From Candidatus Hermodarchaeota archaeon (GTDB lineage: Archaea; Asgardarchaeota; Heimdallarchaeia; Hodarchaeales; Hodarchaeaceae), in NCBI GenBank assembly GCA_048886185.1, contig JBHLKY010000013.1, positions 1-32,000 of the forward strand: 32,000 bases of DNA. The letters run 5' to 3'. The first letter of the stretch is position 1. Each line of letters opens with the position of its first letter. This document shows positions 25,578 through 32,000 of the stretch, piece after piece. The position numbers and the translations under genes are program-made. Below the pieces are notes generated by a model, which was given only the letters and a program-made list of their open reading frames with translations, was not told the DNA's origin and did no database searches.

Positions 25578-28010
25578 TTGACCATTCGCATTAATCGTAA
25601 GAAGAAATCACTTCAACTTAGTGTAAGAGACCTGACTGTTCTAGGAGCTCCTAAGTTAAGTAAACCGCGTTTCACATTCAAGAGTGCTGATGAAGGCCAG
25701 GAAATTCATCAAAAAATTCAGATTCAAAAATTCAGGGAAAACAACAATTATGAGACTGAATATTTCGTAAAATATCAATTTTTCGTTAAAGGTTGGCAAG
25801 TTATCATTCGTGGACGAATAGATCTACTAGCTCGGACACCTGAATGTATTTATATTGAAGAAATAAAATCTATTTTCCTACAAAAGTTCTCTGGCTCCTC
25901 CGATGATCCCCGAATCAAATCATTCAAACAACAACTTCAGTGTTATGGATGGATCTTAAATCAGATTGAAATCGGATTACCTCCGTTATCCTTACAATTA
26001 ATTTTGGTTAATCGTTATAATAATACCCAATATAATGTTTCTGTTTCTTATCAAGATATGTCGGAATTTATTATCGAAAAAATAAGACAACTTCTTCTCG
26101 CTGATGAGGCTCAACAACTTCGTCTTGAAAAGAAAAAAGCTTCTTTGTCAAACTTGCATTTTCCTTTTTCCTATCGCAAATATCAAAAAGAGATCATCCA
26201 TAAAATTAGGGAAATTACTGAAAAAGAATTGTTTTTGACTATGGAAGCTCCTAGTGGCTTGGGGAAAACTGTCGTTTCCCTCTATCCACTACTTTCTAAA
26301 GCTATTCTTGAGGACACAAAGATCTTTTTTTTAACTGCTAAGGCTACTCAGAGACATATTGTTGAAAAAACACTTGGATTATTTCATAAACAAGGGACTG
26401 ATTTTCTTGCCTTATCATTAAAGGCAAAAGAAAAGATTTGTACAAATTCTATCTATTTTTGCCATGAAGATTATTGTCCTTTCCTAAAAAACTATATTCA
26501 ACATTATCCTCAAGAAATACTTGAAAGATTTATCCAGCAACGAGGTGTGATTGATCCAGAGCTTATTGAAAAGAAAGCATTGCATACAGAGGCTTATTGT
26601 CCATTTGAATTATCCTTAGACTTATCTCTAGAGGCAGATGTTATTATTGGTGATTATAATTATGTATTTCACCCCCGAGTATTCTTACAACGTTTTTTCG
26701 GTGATCCTCCACCAAGAAAGAAATTTTATCTGGTAATAGATGAGGCTCACAATCTGGTTAATAGGAGTTTATCATATTATTCTCATACTTTGACTCAAAG
26801 AGAGGTTTTTCTTTTTAAACGTTCATTACAGCAACTCGAAAGGAAGGTCAAGGGTATCCCCTTACCAAAGTTTTTCCCTCCAGAAATAGAGAGAATCTTT
26901 CGGAATCTACGAACTAAATATGGTACCACAATTTCTACCCACCATGTGAAAAAACTCAATATCAATGAATTTCAGAAAATTTTGACTCAGTTTGAAGACA
27001 CTGTAACTCAATATGTTCGTTTCTTAGTTGAAAGAGAGCTTCACTGGCCTGATGACCCCGTTTTAAACTTTTTCTACCATTTTCGCGATTTCGTGGACAC
27101 AGCCGTGTTAGCACAGGGTGCTGAAGAGTTTTCAATCCTATATTATTCTCATGAAGGGAAAATTAAGATTTTGTGTAAAGATGCGTCTCCTTTTCTCCAA
27201 CAACGTTTGAAATTCTTCAAGTCAGCTATTGCGATATCTGCTACTCTAACCCCCTTTCCATTTTATCGTGATCTATTGGGATTTCCAGTTGATAAAACTG
27301 TATATGAACGGTTTCCTTCACCTTTTTCGCCGAGAAACCGAAAAATATTAGTTTTTCCAAATATTGACACACGATATAAACAAAGGAAGCACTATTATGA
27401 AGATATTGCTAATCTAATTCAAAAAACACTCAAAATAAAAAAGGGGAAGTATTTTGCTTTTTTCCCCTCGTTTAAGTTTGTAGATAAAGTAGCTAGCTTC
27501 TTTCCCCCTAGCAATAATCTCGTAATTTTAAAACAAACTCCAACAATGCATGAAACTGTTCGTCAAGATTTCATTAGTAAAATCGAGACCACTCCCAATT
27601 TATTAGTCCTAGCTGTAACAGCTGGGATTTTTGCTGAAGGCGTCGATTTTCCAGGTATATTAGATGGGATTATTGTAGTTGGTCCAAGTTTACCTTCAGT
27701 AAGCTTCGAGCAGGAATTGCTTAAGCAGTACTATGAGGAGAAATTTGGAAATGGTTTTGCTTATGCGTATCAATTTCCTGGATTGACACGAACGTTTCAA
27801 GCTGCAGGCCGTTTAATTCGTACGTCTTCTGACCGCGGAATTATTCTTTTTATTGGTCGTCGTTTTGCTACTCCTAGTTATTCTAATTATTTTCCCTCAT
27901 ATTATTATCAGGAAAGCCCTAAAGAGTTGATAAGTAACGATTTAGAACACGAAATTGAGCTATTTTGGAAGAAAATGGAAGCAAATCCATCTTCTAAAAA
28001 TATGGAATAA
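25578..28010 (+). CDS. XPD/DinG-family Fe-S 5'-3' helicase with N-terminal PD-(D/E)xK (RecB/Cas4-like) nuclease domain
   Basis: RGRIDLL...IEEIKS and QLQCY nuclease motifs; Q-motif YRKYQ, Walker A APSGLGKT, four Fe-S Cys (KIC, FCHEDYCP, YCPFE), DEAH, SATL, EGVDF, QAAGRLIR. Confidence 0.9.
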   Translation: MTIRINRKKKSLQLSVRDLTVLGAPKLSKPRFTFKSADEGQEIHQKIQIQKFRENNNYETEYFVKYQFFVKGWQVIIRGRIDLLARTPECIYIEEIKSIFLQKFSGSSDDPRIKSFKQQLQCYGWILNQIEIGLPPLSLQLILVNRYNNTQYNVSVSYQDMSEFIIEKIRQLLLADEAQQLRLEKKKASLSNLHFPFSYRKYQKEIIHKIREITEKELFLTMEAPSGLGKTVVSLYPLLSKAILEDTKIFFLTAKATQRHIVEKTLGLFHKQGTDFLALSLKAKEKICTNSIYFCHEDYCPFLKNYIQHYPQEILERFIQQRGVIDPELIEKKALHTEAYCPFELSLDLSLEADVIIGDYNYVFHPRVFLQRFFGDPPPRKKFYLVIDEAHNLVNRSLSYYSHTLTQREVFLFKRSLQQLERKVKGIPLPKFFPPEIERIFRNLRTKYGTTISTHHVKKLNINEFQKILTQFEDTVTQYVRFLVERELHWPDDPVLNFFYHFRDFVDTAVLAQGAEEFSILYYSHEGKIKILCKDASPFLQQRLKFFKSAIAISATLTPFPFYRDLLGFPVDKTVYERFPSPFSPRNRKILVFPNIDTRYKQRKHYYEDIANLIQKTLKIKKGKYFAFFPSFKFVDKVASFFPPSNNLVILKQTPTMHETVRQDFISKIETTPNLLVLAVTAGIFAEGVDFPGILDGIIVVGPSLPSVSFEQELLKQYYEEKFGNGFAYAYQFPGLTRTFQAAGRLIRTSSDRGIILFIGRRFATPSYSNYFPSYYYQESPKELISNDLEHEIELFWKKMEANPSSKNME

Positions 28011-28096
28011 GATTTTTCAATAACAGTCATTAGGCGTGTATCTCGAGGTAAAGTCAGTATCTCATGGTCAACATATGTAAAGGAAGATCGTTCTAG

Positions 28097-29155
28097 ATGG
28101 AAAATTCGTTATCAGATTTGGAAAAGCTTCGTTATGCTCGTCAAATTGTTTTAAGTGATTTTGGAGAAATTGGACAAGAAAAACTAAAAGAAGCACGAAT
28201 TTTAGTAGCTGGGATCGGAGGTCTTGGTACTTTCTCGTCTCTTTTATTAGCTGAGATGGGAGTTGGTTATATTAGAATAGTCGATCGCGACATCGTGGAA
28301 TATTCGAATCTGCATAGAACGCCATTATATACTAGTGTTGATCTAGATCGTGCCAAAGTAGAAGTTGCTGCTGATCGTTTAAAGCAATTAAACCCAGTAA
28401 TGACCGTTGACACACATGCTTGTCACATTGGTTCAGCAAACATTAATGATCTATTAAGCGAGATTGATATTGTTATTGATGCGCTTGATAATTTTGAAAC
28501 TCGTCGCATTATTAATAAAGCGTGTATTCAAAGAGGAATTCCATTTATTTTTTGTGGAGTCAGCGCTTATTCAGGAAATATTTCTGTGTTTAATTTAAAT
28601 GATCAATCTCCCTGCTTTTCCTGTTTATATCATGGGATTAATGACGATGACTTAGAAACTTGTGATATAACAGGAGTTCATCCTGCGCTCCTTCCTATTT
28701 TAACAGGCATACAGGTTAGCGAAGCAATAAACATCCTACTTGGAAAAGAATCATTATTAAATGGGATCCTTCTCTTTACAGACTTAAAAAGTTTAAATTT
28801 TGATAAAATCCCAATCCAGAAGAATCCCACTTGCCTAGTTTGCTCTGAATCGGCAGATTATACTGTAAAGTCTCCTGTTAGTGAATGGGTAACATTAGAC
28901 ATCTGTGGTGGAGATAACTTCATGCTTATTCCTCAGATGAAGATAAGTTTCGATATTAATAAGATTAAATTACAATTGGAAGATAATTATAAAATTACTA
29001 AAATTGGAACCCATTCGATTACCTTCTTATCTAAGAAAAACGTTTTATTAACTATTTTTAAAGGAGGAAATGTCCTGGTTCGTGGTGTTCCAACTCCTAG
29101 TGAAGCTTTAAAACTTTGGAATGATGTTAAGATCAACGCTTTATTGAATGTTTGA
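28097..29155 (+). CDS. ThiF/MoeB/E1-like adenylyltransferase with C-terminal extension
   Basis: RYARQI, GIGGLG, DRDIVEYSNLHR, DALDN, Zn motifs CFSC and CLVC, candidate catalytic Cys in ETCDITG, C-terminal ICGG...FKGGNVLVRG domain. Confidence 0.9.
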   Translation: MENSLSDLEKLRYARQIVLSDFGEIGQEKLKEARILVAGIGGLGTFSSLLLAEMGVGYIRIVDRDIVEYSNLHRTPLYTSVDLDRAKVEVAADRLKQLNPVMTVDTHACHIGSANINDLLSEIDIVIDALDNFETRRIINKACIQRGIPFIFCGVSAYSGNISVFNLNDQSPCFSCLYHGINDDDLETCDITGVHPALLPILTGIQVSEAINILLGKESLLNGILLFTDLKSLNFDKIPIQKNPTCLVCSESADYTVKSPVSEWVTLDICGGDNFMLIPQMKISFDINKIKLQLEDNYKITKIGTHSITFLSKKNVLLTIFKGGNVLVRGVPTPSEALKLWNDVKINALLNV

Positions 29156-29404
29156 CCTCAATCTTAATTAAAACTGACCATAGATATCTCGAAAATCATG
29201 TTCATCCTTATATAACCATGGCTATATGTTATAATGGATTAAATTGGGTTAAATTTAAGAAGTATGTTATTTTTGTTCGTTTCATCCATATTATTGTAAT
29301 AGAAATTCTCTGAATTCCTTCGACATCTCAATATGATACATGAAAATAGTGCTAAAAACAAGCTGTTAATGCCATTTTGGCCGGAATAAATGGAAAGAAT
29401 TTAA

Positions 29405-30445
29405 ATGTCCGAAAAAGAAAAACAGATCGAAGAAAAAATTTCCCTCCTTGAGGGTGAAAAAAGAATCCTCGAAGGACTTAAAGCTTATTACGATCGAGAA
29501 TTATCTTATTCTGATTTAGAGGAAATAAGTGGCGTCTCAATCTCAGAATTTAAACGATATCAACAAGATCATGAATATCCCTATCGTCTCGGAGTCTACA
29601 ACATGAGATCTATTCTTGAGAAGGTAGATCAACAAATCCAAGAAATAAATAATAAAATATTTCAGTTACGTGAGTCAGTGTTAGGTACTTTGGATCAGAT
29701 CTTATTCATTCCATCATGGCGAAAACTCATTGGCTCAAATTTCAATGGTTTTTATTTAAATCAACCTGTTCAAAGAATTTTTCAAGATAATGTTGTTTTG
29801 TTACCTGATCTTGCCCTAACTGGATTCGAAGAAACCACTGGAGAACCATTCTTTCTGATAACAGGTTTTGGTATTTATTGGGTAAAATTTCAGCTAGGAC
29901 CTGGATCTATCATCACTGATTATCGTGAAATAACTGGTATTGTATTGCCACTGGATGTTTATGAAAAAGCGCAAGATGTATCGGGTTCTGTCTTGAATAG
30001 TGAAAAAATACGAATGACAGAATATATGATTTCGATTCCATTCTCACTTATTCTTGCTAAAAGAACTACTCAGATGTATCTTAGAGGTGTTTTAGCACGA
30101 AATGTGTTTTTACCCAATAAAGAATGTTTTGATCAATTATTGGTTTCCTGTGATGATCCTAATAGTTTTAATAAAGATGATGGGCTTAAAATTCTTTCTG
30201 GTGGGTTATCAACACAGATTCAGCTTTATACAAATGAATTACTAACTGAAAAAACGTTGGATAATTATTCCAGCCTAATTGCTGGAATAAAAAACACTCA
30301 ACCCAAGTTAAATAAGATTCTTGCTAATCTACAACTCGAATCAATGAGCGAGGGGTTTTTTGCTAAAATACAGCAAATGAAAAGTGAATTTGGAGAAATT
30401 GGAAGGACATACTTGCTTGATTGGATGCCTGGTTATGTGAGCTAA
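29405..30445 (+). CDS. Hypothetical protein with N-terminal coiled coil and HTH-like (UPF0175-like) segment
   Basis: 346-aa ORF; YYDRELSYSDLEEISGVSISEFKRY resembles the UPF0175 HTH pattern and is flanked by heptad-like helices; the rest is unrecognised. Confidence 0.65.
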   Translation: MSEKEKQIEEKISLLEGEKRILEGLKAYYDRELSYSDLEEISGVSISEFKRYQQDHEYPYRLGVYNMRSILEKVDQQIQEINNKIFQLRESVLGTLDQILFIPSWRKLIGSNFNGFYLNQPVQRIFQDNVVLLPDLALTGFEETTGEPFFLITGFGIYWVKFQLGPGSIITDYREITGIVLPLDVYEKAQDVSGSVLNSEKIRMTEYMISIPFSLILAKRTTQMYLRGVLARNVFLPNKECFDQLLVSCDDPNSFNKDDGLKILSGGLSTQIQLYTNELLTEKTLDNYSSLIAGIKNTQPKLNKILANLQLESMSEGFFAKIQQMKSEFGEIGRTYLLDWMPGYVS

Positions 30446-30502
30446 ATATTTTAGATTCTCTGTTTGATTTTTATTTCATTTTAGTCCAATTTAACAATAT
30501 TT

Positions 30503-31663
30503 TCAAAGGAATATATTTTTCAAAGCCTCTTGAATTGAAATGACCTCACTAGATGTTACTCCAGGATGGATGGGAACTTCAAAGTGAGATTGTGCGATCT
30601 TCTCAGTTATTGGAAGATCGACCTTTGAGTAATCAGGATAATTTACGAATTTGTTCCATCGCCAGTGTTTAATTCCCTCTAAATAAGTTGGTTGTTTATG
30701 ACAAGGGACGTAGTAAATCCTCCTAGACCCTATTCCAAGGTGGTTCAATTCTTTTATCACCTTATCGACTGAAAACTTAGAATCCTGAATTACAGGTGCA
30801 CAAATATAATGTCCATGAGTGACTCCTCTTGGAATTGTTTGAACCTTAAGCGATTCAATCTCCATGATTGTACTTCTTATTGATTCAGCATTTTTTCGTC
30901 TTTGCTCCAACATCTTAGGAAGTTTTCTAAGCTGAATTAAGCCAATAGCTGCAAGTGGATCCGCTAAACGAAAGTTGTATGCAATAATGTGATGATTATA
31001 ACCTCCAGTGATTCCCCTACCATGATTTTTGAGGCTTCTCATTCGTGTTGCCAGTTCATCGTTATCAGTGACAACCATTCCTCCTTCTCCACTAATCATA
31101 TTTTTCGTTGCATAAAAAGAAAAACACCCTACATCTCCAAAAGTACCAGTATGTTTACCATCGATATATGCTCCATGAGATTGGCAGGCATCTTCAATTA
31201 TTGTAAGATTATAGTCTTCTGCTAAGTCAGAGATTGCTTTCATGTCAGCAGGAAGGCCAAAAATATGAACAGGAACGATGCATTTTGTTTTAGGCGTAAT
31301 GAGCTTTCTTATCTCTTCAGGATCAATATTAAAGCTATCTGGATCAACATCAGCAAAGATTGGAATTCCACCCCCAAAGCAAATAGAATTTGCAGAAGCA
31401 ATGAATGTAAAGGCTGAAGTGATAACTTCAGCTCCAGGGGGAATATTTAATCCTTCCATTGCTAAGTGTAAAGCAGCTGTTCCATTAACCGTGCAAATTG
31501 CATGTTTGGCTCCAACAAATTCTGCAAACTCTTTTTCAAGGCTTCTGGCATTTTTTCCTTCTACAAATCCTCTAGACTGTATTGTTTTTGTAACTAAAGA
31601 GATCTCCTCTTCTGAGATTTGAGGTTGAGCGATATACTTCATGGACTGTTCTTCTCCTAACAT
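30503..31663 (-). CDS. DegT/DnrJ/EryC1/StrS family PLP-dependent sugar aminotransferase
   Basis: NGTAALH, PVHIFG, IEDACQSHG, SFYATKNMISGEGG (PLP lysine), AYNFRL; likely start at ATG 31642 (MKYIAQP). Confidence 0.93.
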   Translation of the reverse strand: MLGEEQSMKYIAQPQISEEEISLVTKTIQSRGFVEGKNARSLEKEFAEFVGAKHAICTVNGTAALHLAMEGLNIPPGAEVITSAFTFIASANSICFGGGIPIFADVDPDSFNIDPEEIRKLITPKTKCIVPVHIFGLPADMKAISDLAEDYNLTIIEDACQSHGAYIDGKHTGTFGDVGCFSFYATKNMISGEGGMVVTDNDELATRMRSLKNHGRGITGGYNHHIIAYNFRLADPLAAIGLIQLRKLPKMLEQRRKNAESIRSTIMEIESLKVQTIPRGVTHGHYICAPVIQDSKFSVDKVIKELNHLGIGSRRIYYVPCHKQPTYLEGIKHWRWNKFVNYPDYSKVDLPITEKIAQSHFEVPIHPGVTSSEVISIQEALKNIFL

Positions 31664-31752
31664 AGGACTCTATAGAATCCAGCATTGAAAGACTCTTTAT
31701 CTATTTTTAAGATAGATCAAATGAGTATAAAAATCACAAAAGTACAGAGATT

Positions 31753-32000
31753 ATGGGTATTTTTATAAGAAAGCAGGGTTTAATAGTGATTGGAGAAGAT
31801 CAAATCGTTCTTAATTATCATAAAATACTTTCTCTATTACAAAACTATACATATGGCGTTGAATGTCCCAAGTTGGTCATGGTTACAAAGGATCAGCCTG
31901 TGGATCTGGTTTCGAGAATTTTAAACAAAATAAAATATCCAATTCTCGGGGAAAATCGAGTACAGGAAGCCCTTGAGAAAATAGAAGTGTGTGGGAGTAA
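31753..32000 (+). CDS. yggS: YggS/PLPBP pyridoxal-phosphate homeostasis protein (3'-truncated; not in the ORF track)
   Basis: Frame open from 31711 to the window end; first ATG 31753 (GTG 31786 alternative). Translation ...PKLVMVTKDQPVDLVSRILNKIKYPILGENRVQEALEKIE matches the YggS L-x-A-V-(S/T)-K...GEN-x-VQE signature. Confidence 0.8.
   Translation, partial: MGIFIRKQGLIVIGEDQIVLNYHKILSLLQNYTYGVECPKLVMVTKDQPVDLVSRILNKIKYPILGENRVQEALEKIEVCGS

Noticed and set aside
25578-28010. CRISPR-associated (Cas4 or CasDinG) locus
   Set aside because: No repeat-spacer array or other cas genes in the window, and the nuclease lacks the Cas4 Fe-S cysteines.
28097-29155. Eukaryote-like ubiquitin system locus
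   Set aside because: No ubiquitin-like, E2, RING or JAB gene nearby; the architecture fits ordinary ThiF/MoeB enzymes.
70-31622. Short (60-114 aa) ORFs overlapping or antisense to the long genes, e.g. 70..279, 4068..4286, 12530..12751, 19869..20069, 31278..31622
   Set aside because: They lie largely or wholly inside well-supported CDSs and have no recognisable motifs; treated as shadow ORFs.
1-32000. tRNA, rRNA, IS elements, integrase
   Set aside because: No cloverleaf-like GC-rich segments, transposase motifs or terminal inverted repeats seen by eye; a tRNAscan/Infernal run would be decisive.

Overview
AT-rich archaeal window, most likely an Asgard archaeon (inferred from longin/uDENN-like domains together with class I LysRS, RadA and Orc1/Cdc6; possibly Heimdallarchaeia). 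The first ~14.7 kb is an apparent operon of three paralogous giant single-pass surface proteins (>2227 aa and 5'-truncated, 1563 aa, 1007 aa) plus an 82-aa putative Zn-binding protein. Each large protein has a sequon-rich, Ig-like repeat ectodomain, one TM helix and a C-terminal cytoplasmic domain resembling the longin/uDENN domain of folliculin/SMCR8/C9orf72. Two of the three keep an A-R-G motif matching the GAP arginine finger of FLCN (Arg164) and SMCR8 (Arg147); the third has Gly there. This suggests a heteromeric receptor-like GAP system for small GTPases, which is the main hypothesis here. The rest is housekeeping and envelope genes: lysS, GlmU-like nucleotidyltransferase, bPH-domain membrane protein, radA, an 857-bp AT-rich candidate replication origin, cdc6, SAM methyltransferase, GT87-like glycosyltransferase, nuclease-fused XPD/DinG helicase, ThiF/MoeB E1-like enzyme, a hypothetical protein, a DegT aminotransferase, and a 3'-truncated yggS absent from the ORF track. 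I saw no tRNA, rRNA, CRISPR array or mobile element. All family calls are from motif recognition by eye, not database searches.
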